64,000 nt of DNA from an uncultured Alphaproteobacteria bacterium (GCA_965603015.1 CBFDBJ010000005.1:3080-67079), one strand, 5' to 3'. Shown: positions 40,665-51,690, counted from the stretch's first letter. Notes: a model not told the origin generated them from the sequence alone. Numbers and translations are program-made.

Positions 40665-42119
40665 CTATAGCAGCCGTCCCTGCTTTTCTTCCACTTCTTT
40701 AGCGGGCTTTTCTTTACCTGCCTTTGCGGGCTTTTTTGTGACTTTTTTGGGAACTGTACCAGGCGCGCCAAAAACCGCGGGAACCCTGCCATCAGAAAAC
40801 TCAATGTCTGCCGCCATGCCCGGCTGTGCCGCTGCTACATCGCGGATGATCCGGCCGTCTTCACCATGAACCATGGCATAGCCACGGTTCAACGTGCTCT
40901 TATAGCTCAGGACTTCAAGCATATTGGACGCGGCTTTGAGGCGCTCTTCCTGCCTTGCCAGACGCGACTTCATCGCATTGGTCTGGCGGGTGCCCAGCTC
41001 GGAGACCCGAGTGAGCGAGACCTCGGACCTTTGCTTCACTTGTTCAGGTCTCAACCTGGCAGCCACCCCGTCGAACCGGGATCGGTGGGCCCTGACGTGA
41101 CCCTTGAGTGACTGGGACAGGCGCAGGGACGCTGCATCAAACCTCTGTTGGGCGAGGCCCATGATGTCCCGGGGCTTGGGAATGGCACGGGCCAGACTTC
41201 TGACGCGTTCGCGGCGTTCGGTCATGGATCTCGCCGAAGCGCTGACAAGACGCCGGTCGAGGGTCATGAGATCGGCGACCAGTTCGCTGCGGACCGGCAC
41301 GGCCATTTCGGCGGCAGCGGTCGGCGTCGGCGCGCGCTGATCCGAGGCGAAATCAATCAGCGTGGTGTCGGTCTCGTGGCCGACGGCGGAGATCAACGGG
41401 ATCAGGCTCACGGCTGCCGCACGAACAACGATCTCTTCATTAAAAGGCCAAAGGTCCTCGATGGAGCCGCCGCCACGCGCCACGATAATTACATCAGGCC
41501 GGGGGATATCGCCGCCGACCTCAAGCGCATTGAAGCCTTCGATGCCGGCGGCAATCTGCTGCGCCGCCTTTTCCCCCTGAACCAGGCAGGGCCAGACCAG
41601 CACATGACGCGGGAAGCGGTCTGAAAGTCTGTGGAGGATATCGCGGATGACGGCGCCCGACGGCGAGGTGACCACGCCGATCACCTCGGGCAGGTGTGGC
41701 AGAAGCTGCTTGCGCGCCGGGTCAAACAGACCCTCGGCGTCAAGTTTCTTGCGGCGCTCTTCCAGCAGGGCCATGAGGGCGCCAACGCCGGCTGGCTCCA
41801 TGGTGTCGATGACGATCTGATAGCGCGACTGGCCGGGAAAGGTGGTGAGCTTGCCGGTGCAGATCACCTCAAGGCCCTGTTCCGGGCGAATGGACAGCTT
41901 TGAGGCGGTGCCTTTCCACATGACGCCGTTTAGAACCGCCTTGTCGTCTTTCAGGTCCATATAGAGATGGCCGGACGCAGGCCGTGAGACCCGCCCCAGC
42001 TCGCCGCGCACGCGAACGTAGCCAAAGGCCCCCTCGACGGTCTTCTTGATGGCGCCGGAAAGCTCGGAGACCGTGTATTCGGGGACATTAATGGCCTCAT
42101 TGGTTCTTGGGTCGCTCAT
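40665..42119 (-). CDS. xseA: Exodeoxyribonuclease VII large subunit
   Basis: 484 aa with an N-terminal OB-fold (YTVSELSGAIKKTVE...VRVRGEL) and a catalytic domain (RGGGSIEDLW). Confidence 0.9.
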   Translation of the reverse strand: MSDPRTNEAINVPEYTVSELSGAIKKTVEGAFGYVRVRGELGRVSRPASGHLYMDLKDDKAVLNGVMWKGTASKLSIRPEQGLEVICTGKLTTFPGQSRYQIVIDTMEPAGVGALMALLEERRKKLDAEGLFDPARKQLLPHLPEVIGVVTSPSGAVIRDILHRLSDRFPRHVLVWPCLVQGEKAAQQIAAGIEGFNALEVGGDIPRPDVIIVARGGGSIEDLWPFNEEIVVRAAAVSLIPLISAVGHETDTTLIDFASDQRAPTPTAAAEMAVPVRSELVADLMTLDRRLVSASARSMTERRERVRSLARAIPKPRDIMGLAQQRFDAASLRLSQSLKGHVRAHRSRFDGVAARLRPEQVKQRSEVSLTRVSELGTRQTNAMKSRLARQEERLKAASNMLEVLSYKSTLNRGYAMVHGEDGRIIRDVAAAQPGMAADIEFSDGRVPAVFGAPGTVPKKVTKKPAKAGKEKPAKEVEEKQGRLL

Positions 42120-42233
42120 ATAGACTTTCGGCTGAATATGGGGCCCCGGGTGGCAGGATTGCTCGCCTCGGGTCCGACTCTCTGATACAAGATAGCGCCC
42201 TTTCAGGCTTAAGAAAAGAGATCGAGAACGCTA

Positions 42234-43502
42234 ATGAAAATCTTGCTGGTCGGATCCGGTGGCCGTGAACATTCCCTCGCGTGGGCGATCTCGGGAAGCC
42301 CGCTCGTGGACGCGCTTTATTGCGCGCCCGGCAATGGCGGCATGGCGGAAATCTCCACCCTGGTCGATATCAAGGATACGGACATTGACGGCCTTGTGAG
42401 CTTTGCCAAAGACAAGGCCATCGATTTTGTTGTCGTCGGCCCGGAAGTCCCGCTCACCGCCGGGCTGGTGGACGCGCTTGATGCGGCAGGCATCGCGAGC
42501 TTCGGACCCAACAAGGCAGCCGCGGAGCTTGAAGGCTCCAAGGGGTTCATGAAAGATTTGTGTGCAGATTACGATATTCCAACTGCCGGATATCAGCGTT
42601 GCTACGATGCAGCTTCAGCAAAAGCCTTCCTCAACACCCTGAGCGCGCCTTATGTCATCAAGACGGACGGTCTTGCTGCTGGCAAGGGTGTTATCATTGC
42701 TGAGACTCTTGAGGATGCCGGGACCGCCATTGACGAAATGTTTGCCGGATCCTTTGGCGAGGCTGGCGATCAGGTGGTGATCGAGGAATTCCTTGACGGT
42801 GAAGAAGCCAGTTTCTTTGCCCTGACCGACGGGACCAACATCCTGCCACTGGTTAGCGCGCAGGATCACAAGCGCGTTGGCGATGGCGACACAGGGCTCA
42901 ACACCGGCGGCATGGGCGCCTATTCGCCAGCGCCGATCATGGACGAGGCCATGACCCAAAAGGTCATGGAGACAATCATCCGGCCAACTGTAGCGGCGAT
43001 GAAAGACAGGGGCGCGCCGTTCAAGGGGGTTCTTTATGCCGGACTGATGATTTCGAACGGCGTACCAAAGCTCATCGAATACAATGTCCGCTTCGGGGAT
43101 CCCGAATGCCAGGTGCTGATGGTGCGGCTCCAGAGCGATCTCCTGCCCGCGCTCATTGCCTGTCACGATGGAACCCTGGACGGGATCGAACTTTCCTGGT
43201 CGAATGAAAGCGCCATGACGGTTGTCATGGCCACCGAAGGCTATCCTGGCGCCTACCAAAAAGGCTCGGAGATCCGGGGGCTTGACGCGGTGGGTTCAGA
43301 CCAGAACGTCACCATTTTTCACGCCGGGACCCAAAAAACCGGCACAAAACTCACCGCCATTGGCGGCCGGGTCTTGAATGTTACGGCGCTTGGGGCCACC
43401 ATAGGCGAGGCACAGGCACGCGCCTATGAGGCCATTGGCAAGGTCGACTGGCCGCAGGGCTTTAACCGCAGCGATATCGGCTGGCGCGCACTGAAACGAT
43501 GA
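42234..43502 (+). CDS. purD: Phosphoribosylamine--glycine ligase
   Basis: 422 aa with [19 protein letters not shown] and ATP-grasp blocks. Confidence 0.95.
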   Translation: MKILLVGSGGREHSLAWAISGSPLVDALYCAPGNGGMAEISTLVDIKDTDIDGLVSFAKDKAIDFVVVGPEVPLTAGLVDALDAAGIASFGPNKAAAELEGSKGFMKDLCADYDIPTAGYQRCYDAASAKAFLNTLSAPYVIKTDGLAAGKGVIIAETLEDAGTAIDEMFAGSFGEAGDQVVIEEFLDGEEASFFALTDGTNILPLVSAQDHKRVGDGDTGLNTGGMGAYSPAPIMDEAMTQKVMETIIRPTVAAMKDRGAPFKGVLYAGLMISNGVPKLIEYNVRFGDPECQVLMVRLQSDLLPALIACHDGTLDGIELSWSNESAMTVVMATEGYPGAYQKGSEIRGLDAVGSDQNVTIFHAGTQKTGTKLTAIGGRVLNVTALGATIGEAQARAYEAIGKVDWPQGFNRSDIGWRALKR

Positions 43503-43554
43503 AGAACAGGGCTCATAAAGAAAGCCTGTAAAAGACAAAAGGGAAGAGACGGAC

Positions 43555-44631
43555 ATGACAGAAGAACCGACACGCGAGGAACTGAATACCGGCACCAAGG
43601 ACGTTGCCGAGACCCACAAGTTCGATGAGAACGCGCTTCGCGACTATATGGAAGCCAATGTAGCTGGCTATGAGGGTCCGCTTGAGGTCAGCCAGTTCAA
43701 AGGTGGTCAATCCAATCCGACCTACCAGCTTATAACGCCGCGCCAGAAATATGTCATGCGGCGCAAGCCTCCCGGCAAGCTTCTGCCCTCTGCCCATGCG
43801 GTTGACCGCGAGTACAAGGTCATCACGGCACTGGGCAAGACCGACTTTCCCGTTCCCAAGACCTTCTGTCTTTGTGAGGATACCGACGTTATCGGCACGA
43901 TGTTCTACATCATGGAAAAAGTCGACGGCCGCATTTTGTGGGACCTCTTGCTTCCGGCAGAAAACCCTCAGTCGCGCCGCGAAATCTACGACAGCATGAA
44001 TGCAACGCTGGCCAAGCTGCACAAGACTGACTACACAGCCATTGGCCTTGAGGACTATGGCAAGCCGGGGAACTATTTTGCCCGCCAGATCTCGCGCTGG
44101 ACCAAGCAATATCAGATGTCCGAAACCGAAGAGATCAAGGAGATGAACAATCTCATTGCGTGGCTACCCGATGCAATCCCGCAAGATGACCTGACGACCA
44201 TTGTCCACGGGGATTATCGTCTCGATAACATGATCCTGCACCCGACAGAAAACCGCGTAGAGGCTGTTCTGGACTGGGAATTATCCACTCTCGGACATCC
44301 GATCGGTGACTTCACCTATCACCTGATGTCGTGGAAGATGCCATCGCGCGACGGCGGCGAAACGCTCTTGTCCTCGGACCTCAAGTCGCTTGGTATTCCG
44401 ACGGCTGAGGAATACACAGAAATGTATGAGGCGCGAACAGGCTACGTGGTTGGAGAGAACATCAACTTCTACCTGGCCTATAACTTCTTCCGTCTCGCCG
44501 GGATTTTGCAGGGCATTGTCGGACGTGTGCGCGACGGAACCGCCAGCTCTGCCAATGCAGAAGCCAATGCCGCAGCGGTGCGCCCGCTGGCTGAAGGTGG
44601 TTGGGCCTATGCGAAGCTTGCCGGGGCTTGA
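43555..44631 (+). CDS. Phosphotransferase (APH/choline-kinase-like) family protein
   Basis: 358 aa kinase-like fold with a Brenner motif [11 protein letters not shown] and D-x-E (DWELS), resembling the ACAD10/11-type N-terminal kinase domain. Confidence 0.8.
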   Translation: MTEEPTREELNTGTKDVAETHKFDENALRDYMEANVAGYEGPLEVSQFKGGQSNPTYQLITPRQKYVMRRKPPGKLLPSAHAVDREYKVITALGKTDFPVPKTFCLCEDTDVIGTMFYIMEKVDGRILWDLLLPAENPQSRREIYDSMNATLAKLHKTDYTAIGLEDYGKPGNYFARQISRWTKQYQMSETEEIKEMNNLIAWLPDAIPQDDLTTIVHGDYRLDNMILHPTENRVEAVLDWELSTLGHPIGDFTYHLMSWKMPSRDGGETLLSSDLKSLGIPTAEEYTEMYEARTGYVVGENINFYLAYNFFRLAGILQGIVGRVRDGTASSANAEANAAAVRPLAEGGWAYAKLAGA

Positions 44632-44643
44632 TAATTTTTAGTT

Positions 44644-44800
44644 CTGTCGTCCCCTTCTCAGGCGTGCTTTGCACGCCCTGTCAGGCAGCGCAGACATGAG
44701 CCGGGACCTCGGGGCACGATGCGGAGAATAACCAGGACCTGCATTAGTCCCGACATCGTGCCCTGAGGTCCCGGGTCGCGCTGCGCTTGCCCGGGACGAC
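44644..44800. repeat. Intergenic composite palindromic element (MITE/REP-like), family TGTCRTCCC...GGGRYGACA, copy A
   Basis: Outer 9-bp stem TGTCGTCCC/GGGACGACA. Inner hairpin GGCGTGC-TTT-GCACGCC. Long imperfect stem GCAGCGC..CCGGGACCTCGGGGCACGATG vs CATCGTGCCCTGAGGTCCCGG..GCGCTGC. It lies between convergent genes. Confidence 0.5.
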
Positions 44801-44814
44801 AATTGTGGGGATTG

Positions 44815-45267
44815 CTATTTCCGCCGCGCTCTGAAAAACGCCTTCAGAACTTCAGAACACTCCTCCCACAACTCGCCAGAGGCGACGTCCGGTCTGTGGT
44901 GGCAGGTGGGTTGTTCAAAGAAGCGCGCGCCGTGTTCAATGGCGCCGCCCTTGGGGTCAGAGGTCCCATAGTGCACCCTGGCGATCCGGGCAAAGGAGAT
45001 CGCCCCGGCGCACATGGCGCAGGGCTCAAGGGTGACATAGAGCTCGCAGCCAATGAGGCGTTCATTGCCCAGCGCCTGCGCCGCCTTGCGGATCACCAGG
45101 ATCTCGGCATGGGCGGTCGGGTCTTTCAGCTCAAGGATGCGGTTGCCCTCGGCCGCCAGAACGTTGCCCTCAGGCGAGACCAGGACCGCACCAACCGGCA
45201 CTTCCTCGCGATCCGCCGCCTTTCTGGCCTCTTCAAGCGCCAGATCCATAAATTTGTTGTCTTTCAT
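44815..45267 (-). CDS. tadA: tRNA adenosine(34) deaminase
   Basis: CDA fold with HAE and PCAMC zinc motifs (HAEILVIRKAA...EPCAMCAGAI). I chose the internal ATG (MKDNKF...). The ORF-track TTG start is 45303. Confidence 0.85.
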   Translation of the reverse strand: MKDNKFMDLALEEARKAADREEVPVGAVLVSPEGNVLAAEGNRILELKDPTAHAEILVIRKAAQALGNERLIGCELYVTLEPCAMCAGAISFARIARVHYGTSDPKGGAIEHGARFFEQPTCHHRPDVASGELWEECSEVLKAFFRARRK

Positions 45268-45326
45268 AGGGGCCACAATGCGCCTAACGCTTTGCCGCGT
45301 CAAAGGGAGCTGATAGGAAGAGCCCC

Positions 45327-46295
45327 ATGGAAGACGAAAATTCAGAAATTCGAGAGGGCGACAGGATCGCCAAGGTGCTGGCCAGGAGCGGCGTATGTTC
45401 GCGGCGCGAGGCAGAACGCTGGATTGAAGCGGGCCGCGTGACGCTGAATGGCGATATTCTGACCTCCCCGGCGATTAATGTGAGCCCGAAGGACATCGTC
45501 CTTGTGGACGGCAACCGGCTGGCCAAACCGGAACCGATCCGGGCGTGGCGCTACAACAAGCCCCGAGGGCTGGTGACGACCCACAGTGATCCTGAGGGAC
45601 GACCCACGGTGTTTGCCGCCCTGCCCGGGGATCTGCCGCGGGTGGTCTCGGTCGGGCGGCTCGATATCAATTCGGAGGGGCTCCTCCTCCTCACCAATGA
45701 CGGCCAGCTGTCGCGACTTCTGGAACTTCCCGCGACCGGGTGGGTGCGGCGCTATCGGGTTCGCGTCTTTGGCAAGGTCACGGTGGAGGATCTTGCACGG
45801 TTAACGCGGGGCGTTACGATCGATGGTGTCAAGTACGAGGCGTCCGAGGCGACCATCCAGACCCAGGTCAAAGACAATTCCTGGATCCTTGTCGGCCTAA
45901 AAGAGGGCAAGAACCGGGAAGTCAAACGCATGATGGAGAGCATTGGCTGCAAGGTGAACCGGCTGATCCGGATTTCCTATGGGCCGTTCCAGCTCGGCAA
46001 TCTTGAAAGCGGCGAAGTTGAAGAGATCAAGACCCGGTCGCTGACCGAACAATTGGGCGCACGGCTCAGCAATGAGCTTGGCTTGAAAGCCCCCGAACCG
46101 AAGCTGAAGCCGGCAGACAGCAAAAAAGGCGGCAAACCAACCCCCCGCAATCAGGCGCGCAATGAAAAGCAGGCTGGCAAAAAGCAGGTCGGCAAAAAAC
46201 CGGCTGGCAAGAAACAGACTGGCCCAAAACAATCCGGCCCAAAACAATCCAGCAAGGGTCCGCAGGCGAGCCCGACCAGGAAAAAGCGTAGCTGA
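45327..46295 (+). CDS. rluB: 23S rRNA pseudouridine synthase RluB-like (RsuA family) with Lys-rich C-terminal tail
   Basis: S4 domain (KVLARSGVCSRREAERWI), catalytic GRLD motif (VSVGRLDINSEGLLLLTNDG), and a C-terminal tail of KKQ/GPKQ pentapeptide repeats. Confidence 0.85.
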   Translation: MEDENSEIREGDRIAKVLARSGVCSRREAERWIEAGRVTLNGDILTSPAINVSPKDIVLVDGNRLAKPEPIRAWRYNKPRGLVTTHSDPEGRPTVFAALPGDLPRVVSVGRLDINSEGLLLLTNDGQLSRLLELPATGWVRRYRVRVFGKVTVEDLARLTRGVTIDGVKYEASEATIQTQVKDNSWILVGLKEGKNREVKRMMESIGCKVNRLIRISYGPFQLGNLESGEVEEIKTRSLTEQLGARLSNELGLKAPEPKLKPADSKKGGKPTPRNQARNEKQAGKKQVGKKPAGKKQTGPKQSGPKQSSKGPQASPTRKKRS

Positions 46296-46849
46296 TGCGT
46301 ATTGTTGGCGGGACATATCGCGGGCGCACTTTGGTTGCCCCTGAAGGCCTCGGCGTTCGTCCGACGACGGACCGGGTGCGCGAGGCCCTGTTTAATATTC
46401 TTGAACACGGGGACACGCCGCTCGAAGGTGCGCGGGTGCTTGATCTCTTTTCAGGCAGTGGGGCGCTTGGCCTTGAAGCCCTGTCGCGGGGTGCTCGCTC
46501 GGTTCTGTTCGTCGAGATGGACGCCGATGCCCGCGGCGCCATACGCCAGAACGTCGAAAGCCTCGGTGCGACCGGGGCAACGCGCATCTTCCGGCGCGAC
46601 GCGACGCAGCTCGGTTCAATGCCCGGCGACAAGGGTGGCCCGTTTGATCTGGTGTTCCTTGATCCGCCCTACGGCAAGGGTCTGGGCGTGACGGCTCTGG
46701 CGTCAGCACAAGACGGCGGCTGGCTGACGGGCGATGCCCGGATCGTATTTGAATGCGGCGCGGATGAAACGCCGGATGTCAGCGGCTTTCAGCTTGATGA
46801 CATGCGACGCTACGGGGATACCAAGGTGTTGTTCTTGCGTCTCACATAA
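46295..46849 (+). CDS. rsmD: 16S rRNA (guanine966-N2)-methyltransferase
   Basis: 184 aa with RsmD motifs (LDLFSGSGALGLEALSRGA, DPPYGKG). Start overlaps the rluB stop. Confidence 0.85.
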   Translation: MRIVGGTYRGRTLVAPEGLGVRPTTDRVREALFNILEHGDTPLEGARVLDLFSGSGALGLEALSRGARSVLFVEMDADARGAIRQNVESLGATGATRIFRRDATQLGSMPGDKGGPFDLVFLDPPYGKGLGVTALASAQDGGWLTGDARIVFECGADETPDVSGFQLDDMRRYGDTKVLFLRLT

Positions 46850-46858
46850 CTTCAATTG

Positions 46859-46978
46859 CTGTCATCCCGGATGCTGTGCAACATGAAATGTTGCTCTGCT
46901 GGTCCGGGACCCAAATGTCAGAATTAGGCCCCGGACCAGCATTGCATCACTTTGTGCTGCAAAGCATCCGGGGTGACA
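46859..46978. repeat. Intergenic composite palindromic element, same family as 44644-44800, copy B
   Basis: Outer stem TGTCATCCCGGATGCT/AGCATCCGGGGTGACA (15/16). Inner hairpins GCAACAT-gaa-ATGTTGC and TGCTGGTCCGGG/CCCGGACCAGCA. It lies between the convergent rsmD and mutL. Confidence 0.5.
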
Positions 46979-47000
46979 CTGCTAGTTTAGAGTGCGATGA

Positions 47001-48863
47001 CTACCTTCTACCGAACAATCTCTCGATATCCGATAGCTTCAGTTCCACATAGGTCGGGCGGCCGTGGTTGCACTGACCTGAATGCGGGGTTACTTCCATT
47101 TCACGCAGGAGGGCGTTCATTTCATCGCCGGTGAGGCGGCGGCCGGCCCGGACAGAGCCGTGGCAGGCCATGGTGGAGCAAACCTCTTCCAGTTTTTCTT
47201 TCAGGGAATGGGCCTCGCCAAACTCTGCAATGTCATCAGCAAGATCGCGCACCAGTCCCTTGATGTCGCTGTCACCAAGCAGTGACGGGACCTCGCGAAC
47301 AACGACCGCGCCTTCGCCAAACGCTTCAACGAGCAGACCCAGCTCTTCAAACTCCCCGGCTCGGGTGAGCAGCCTTTGGGCCAGAGCGTCATCAAGCTCG
47401 ATCACTTCAGGGATGAGAAGCACCTGACGTTTGACCCCGCCCTCGGTGAGCGCACGTTTCACGGCTTCGTACACGAGGCGCTCATGGGCGGCGTGCTGAT
47501 CGACAATGACAATGCCGTCCTCGGTCTGGGAGACAATATAGGTCTCATGGAGCTGACCACGCGCCGCGCCGAGCGGAAACCGCGACAAGGCCATATCAAC
47601 GGCAGATATCGAGGGGCTGCCGGTTCGCCCGCTCAAATCTTCAAGCCCCGACATGATGCCCTGAACGGGGCCGCGGCCCTCGGTTCCGGCGGCATAAAGC
47701 AGCTGCTCATCTTCAGAAAACCCGCCCGGGCGGCGCAACACTCCAGGCGATCTGCCATAATCCTGCTGATAAGGAGTATGACTGTCGCCGCTCTGGATCG
47801 CCCCGAGGGCGGCATCTGCCACCGTGCTCGAGGCGCGGTGACCCGATGCGGCCAGCCCGTGTTTAAGTGCGCTGACAATGAGGCCGCGTATCAGACCGGC
47901 GTCACGGAAGCGCACTTCAGCTTTGGCGGGATGAACATTGACGTCAACCTGGGACGGGTCGAGATCAACGAACAGCGCCAGAACCGGATGGCGATCACGG
48001 GCGAGGAAATCCATATAGGCGCCGCGCACCGCACCGACCAGCAGCTTGTCGCGAACAGGCCTGCCGTTGACAAACAAAAACTGCATCTGGGCGTTACCAC
48101 GATTGAATGTGGGAAGCCCGGCAAAACCGGAGAGCTTAATCTCTTCGCGGGTCGCATCGACCTTGAAAGCATTTTCGCCGAACTCGCGACCCATGATGGC
48201 CGCAAGACGGCGCAGACGCGTGTCAAAGAAATCACCCGCCTCGGCTTCGAGGTTCAAGATCTGCCTTGTGCCCGAGCGGAGCGAAAACCCGACCTCCGGA
48301 TGGGCCATGGCGAGGCGGCGCACGACGTCAACAACGGCCGTCGTCTCGGCGCGATCGCTTTTCAGAAATTTGAGCCGGGCCGGGGTCGCATAGAACAGAT
48401 CGCGGATTTCAATGCGTGTGCCTTTTGAAGCGGCGACCGGTTCGAGCCTTGATTTCTCACCGCCGAGAACGGAAAGCCCCCAGGGGTCCTCACCGGGCTT
48501 GCGACTGGCGATGGTCATGCGGGACACCGAGCCTATGGACGGCAGCGCCTCACCGCGAAACCCGAAATTGGCGATATCGAAAAGATCATCCTCGCCGTCT
48601 TGCTTGACCTTGAGCTTTGAGGTCGCGTGACGTTCGACGGCGAGCGACAAATCCTCGCCAGACATGCCGCAGCCGTTGTCAGTGACGGTGATCAGCGTCT
48701 TGCCACCGTCCTGAATAAAGACCTCGATTTGCGTTGCGCCCGCATCGACGGCATTTTCAGCCAGTTCCTTGACGACGCTGGCCGGCCGTTCGACCACTTC
48801 ACCAGCGGCGATGCGGTTGACAGTACCCTCGGACAGGCGGCGTATGACGGGAACCGTGCTCAA
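47001..48863 (-). CDS. mutL: DNA mismatch repair protein MutL
   Basis: Conserved N-terminus [26 protein letters not shown] ATPase, and C-terminal dimerization domain. I chose TTG at 48863 with a GAAGGG RBS; the ORF-track ATG at 48938 would overlap pgi by 71 nt. Confidence 0.85.
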   Translation of the reverse strand: MSTVPVIRRLSEGTVNRIAAGEVVERPASVVKELAENAVDAGATQIEVFIQDGGKTLITVTDNGCGMSGEDLSLAVERHATSKLKVKQDGEDDLFDIANFGFRGEALPSIGSVSRMTIASRKPGEDPWGLSVLGGEKSRLEPVAASKGTRIEIRDLFYATPARLKFLKSDRAETTAVVDVVRRLAMAHPEVGFSLRSGTRQILNLEAEAGDFFDTRLRRLAAIMGREFGENAFKVDATREEIKLSGFAGLPTFNRGNAQMQFLFVNGRPVRDKLLVGAVRGAYMDFLARDRHPVLALFVDLDPSQVDVNVHPAKAEVRFRDAGLIRGLIVSALKHGLAASGHRASSTVADAALGAIQSGDSHTPYQQDYGRSPGVLRRPGGFSEDEQLLYAAGTEGRGPVQGIMSGLEDLSGRTGSPSISAVDMALSRFPLGAARGQLHETYIVSQTEDGIVIVDQHAAHERLVYEAVKRALTEGGVKRQVLLIPEVIELDDALAQRLLTRAGEFEELGLLVEAFGEGAVVVREVPSLLGDSDIKGLVRDLADDIAEFGEAHSLKEKLEEVCSTMACHGSVRAGRRLTGDEMNALLREMEVTPHSGQCNHGRPTYVELKLSDIERLFGRR

Positions 48864-48867
48864 GACA

Positions 48868-50175
48868 TTACCCTTCACCCAGGTATTGACGGGCCAGCAC
48901 CTTGCCTTCTTCGACGGCGGGCTGGTCGAAGGGTTCAACGCCCATCAGGTGCCCTGCGATAATTGTCTCCAGCATGAAATGCATGAGAAGCGCGCCGAGG
49001 CTTGCCTCGTTCACTTCATCAAGTTTCATGATTCGGGTTGGTCGTTGATTGCGCACCAGTGTTTCGGCGGTCGCGCGTTGCTGGGCATCGACCAGGTCAC
49101 CGACAGTTTTGCCGGACAGATAGGAGAGGCGTTCATCGTCGGCATGAGCCCCCGGAGACATCACCGGCCCCTTGCCGGCGCAGGCGGTCATGACGATGGT
49201 GTGGAACTTGTCGTTGGGGCCGCCAAGGTAAAGCTGTAGCTGGCTGTGCTGATCAACGGGGCCAAGAGCGCCAAAGGGAACCGTGCCCTGGCCGTCCTTA
49301 CCCAGACTTTCAGCCCAGAGCTGCGCATACCACGCACTGAAGAGTTTCAGCTTGTCGGAATAGGCCATCAGTACATTGGTGCCGGTGCCACGGTGGCGAT
49401 TGAGCCCGACGGCGACGGCAGCCCCTAGAGCGGGCGCAACGTCGCGGGCAGCGGCACCTTCAAGGATCGGCTGCAAGACCCTTGCCGCGCCCTCTCTCAC
49501 CTTCACAGGATCAAGGCCGAACAACATGGCTGGCAGCATTCCGACATTCGACAGCACCGAAAACCGCCCGCCAACCATCGGATCGTGATCAAGCACCGGG
49601 AAGCCCTCAGCTTCTGCAATGCGGCGCAGTGGATTATCACCGGGGATCGTGATGACGGCAAAATGGCGTCTCAAGTCTTTGCCAACCCCGGCTGCCTTCA
49701 GGCGATCGATGGCGCTGAGGGCCTGCATCATGGTCTCGGCCGTCGAGCCGGATTTGGAAACAAGCAGGAAACGGGTCCGCCTGAGATCAAGGGTGTCAAG
49801 CGCGGCAGAGAACGTGAGCGGGTCCAGATTGTCGAAGAAATGAATGCGCGGGCTGTTTGCAGCCCGCTCGTTTGCCGGTATGGCGTAGCCGCCAAGCTGG
49901 CCAAGCGTCTGCGCGCCAAGGCTCGACCCGCCAACACCACAGATAACCAGGTCCGAAGCGTCTTCTCCGAGATGGTCGCACAGGTCCCGCATGGGCTCGA
50001 GGTCACCGCGTTCCTCGGGTAATCGCAGGAGCGGCAGCGTGCGGGTCTTGTACATTTCGCGCAGATTGTCCAAAGCCGCCCCGGACGCCCCAAGCAACGC
50101 CGTCAGCTCATCGGCCTTGAGGCCAAAGCCGGTCTCGTCTTCAAGGCATCCGGAAATGTCCTGAGTGTAAGGCAT
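48868..50175 (-). CDS. pgi: Glucose-6-phosphate isomerase (short bacterial form)
   Basis: 435 aa with SIS domains and the PGI signature SKSGSTAET. Confidence 0.9.
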   Translation of the reverse strand: MPYTQDISGCLEDETGFGLKADELTALLGASGAALDNLREMYKTRTLPLLRLPEERGDLEPMRDLCDHLGEDASDLVICGVGGSSLGAQTLGQLGGYAIPANERAANSPRIHFFDNLDPLTFSAALDTLDLRRTRFLLVSKSGSTAETMMQALSAIDRLKAAGVGKDLRRHFAVITIPGDNPLRRIAEAEGFPVLDHDPMVGGRFSVLSNVGMLPAMLFGLDPVKVREGAARVLQPILEGAAARDVAPALGAAVAVGLNRHRGTGTNVLMAYSDKLKLFSAWYAQLWAESLGKDGQGTVPFGALGPVDQHSQLQLYLGGPNDKFHTIVMTACAGKGPVMSPGAHADDERLSYLSGKTVGDLVDAQQRATAETLVRNQRPTRIMKLDEVNEASLGALLMHFMLETIIAGHLMGVEPFDQPAVEEGKVLARQYLGEG

Positions 50176-50276
50176 TGCGCCATCCTTCGAATATCACCAT
50201 GCGAGAATCGTCATGGAACCAGCCTCAAGCCTAGCAAATTCCGGAGTGAGGCCCAAGCGGAGACGAAACCAGGTGC

Positions 50277-51686
50277 CTATTCCAGCCCCTCCGGCTGTCC
50301 GACGACCACAAAAGTGAGTTCCGATGCGGCGGGAAACCGCTTCAGAGCCCGATTGACGTCGTCCATCGTCACCGCGTTTATTTTGTCATTGCGGATATTG
50401 ATGTAGTCAATCGGGAAGCCGCCAAGCTGATAGCCCAGCAGTTGACTTGCGATCTTGGCATTGGAGTCAAACCGCAAGGCAAAAGCTCCCGTCAAGTAGG
50501 TTTTTGCGTCGCTCAGCTCTTCGGCGGTCACACCATCTTCGCGCAACCGGTCAATTTCGGCTTTGGTAAGGGCAATGGCCTCGGCAACCTTGGCGTTATC
50601 TGAGGCCACGCCGCCTGTGAAGATCCCGGCGCGTTCCAGTGGCTGGAAGTAGGAATAGACGCCGTAGGTGAGACCGCGTTTTTCCCGAATTTCATTCATC
50701 AGCCGTGATGTAAATCCACCGCCGCCAAGAATATGATTGGCAACAAACGCAGCAAAGAAATCCGGGTCATCCTGCATGAACCCGAGACCGGAGAACTGAA
50801 CTGTACTCTGCGGATTATCGAAGGGCTCGATGACCATTTTACCCACTTGGGAAACTGCGACCGGGGCGAGATCCCGGGGTTTTCCAATGGCGGGTAAATC
50901 ACCAAAAATAGTGTCGAGCAGCACGCCGAGTTCCTCCGGCGTTACATCCCCTACAACGGAAACCTTAAGGCGATCTTTGGTCAGACCATCCTCGCGGAAA
51001 GCCTGAAGGCCGGCGACGGAAAGGTTCGCCAGAGTGTCTTCTGTCCCCATGACGCGGCGCGCATAACGCTGCTTACCAAAAATCTCTGTGGCAAGACGGT
51101 TGGCGGCAACCTGGTTTGGCGACGACGCGGCGCGCTTCTGCATGACTGCAATTTGCGCACGGATCCGCTCGACCGGTTCGTCGTCAAAGCGTGGCTCGGT
51201 CAACGACAGGCGCAGAAGCTCAAAGGCGAGATCCTTCGTCTTGCTGAGAGTGAACAGGCTTCCGGTCAGGGCGTCACGGCCCGCCCTGTAGGAAAGCGAT
51301 ATGGAATTTTCATCAAGCGCGGACTGAAACGCCTGACTGTCGTAGTCTCCAGCCCCTTCATCCAGCAGGGCAGCCAGCATGTTGGCCAGCCCTTCCTGAC
51401 CGGCTGGATCAAGCCAGGCCCCGCCCTGAAAACCAAAATTGATGGCGACCAGAGGAATGGAATGCTCTTCCACAAGCCAGACCTCGATCCCGCCGCGGCT
51501 GACAATCTTTTTAACATCGACTGTGCCGGTGAGGGATTGTGCTTCGCCCCGGGCCGAAGGATCAATAGTCCCGGCATCCGCCGGGGTTTTTGATTCTGAA
51601 CCGGATTCTTCGCAGGCGACCAGAATGAGCACAGGAATGACAATGCAGGTCAGTGACTTGAAAAGAGCTTTCAAGAATATGGTCAT
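50277..51686 (-). CDS. M16 family peptidase, lipoprotein, non-catalytic (HxxEH absent) partner subunit
   Basis: 469 aa with a lipobox (ILVAC) and M16 N/C domains but no HxxEH. It lies 4 bp downstream of the active M16 gene. Confidence 0.8.
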   Translation of the reverse strand: MTIFLKALFKSLTCIVIPVLILVACEESGSESKTPADAGTIDPSARGEAQSLTGTVDVKKIVSRGGIEVWLVEEHSIPLVAINFGFQGGAWLDPAGQEGLANMLAALLDEGAGDYDSQAFQSALDENSISLSYRAGRDALTGSLFTLSKTKDLAFELLRLSLTEPRFDDEPVERIRAQIAVMQKRAASSPNQVAANRLATEIFGKQRYARRVMGTEDTLANLSVAGLQAFREDGLTKDRLKVSVVGDVTPEELGVLLDTIFGDLPAIGKPRDLAPVAVSQVGKMVIEPFDNPQSTVQFSGLGFMQDDPDFFAAFVANHILGGGGFTSRLMNEIREKRGLTYGVYSYFQPLERAGIFTGGVASDNAKVAEAIALTKAEIDRLREDGVTAEELSDAKTYLTGAFALRFDSNAKIASQLLGYQLGGFPIDYINIRNDKINAVTMDDVNRALKRFPAASELTFVVVGQPEGLE

Positions 51687-51690
51687 GAGC

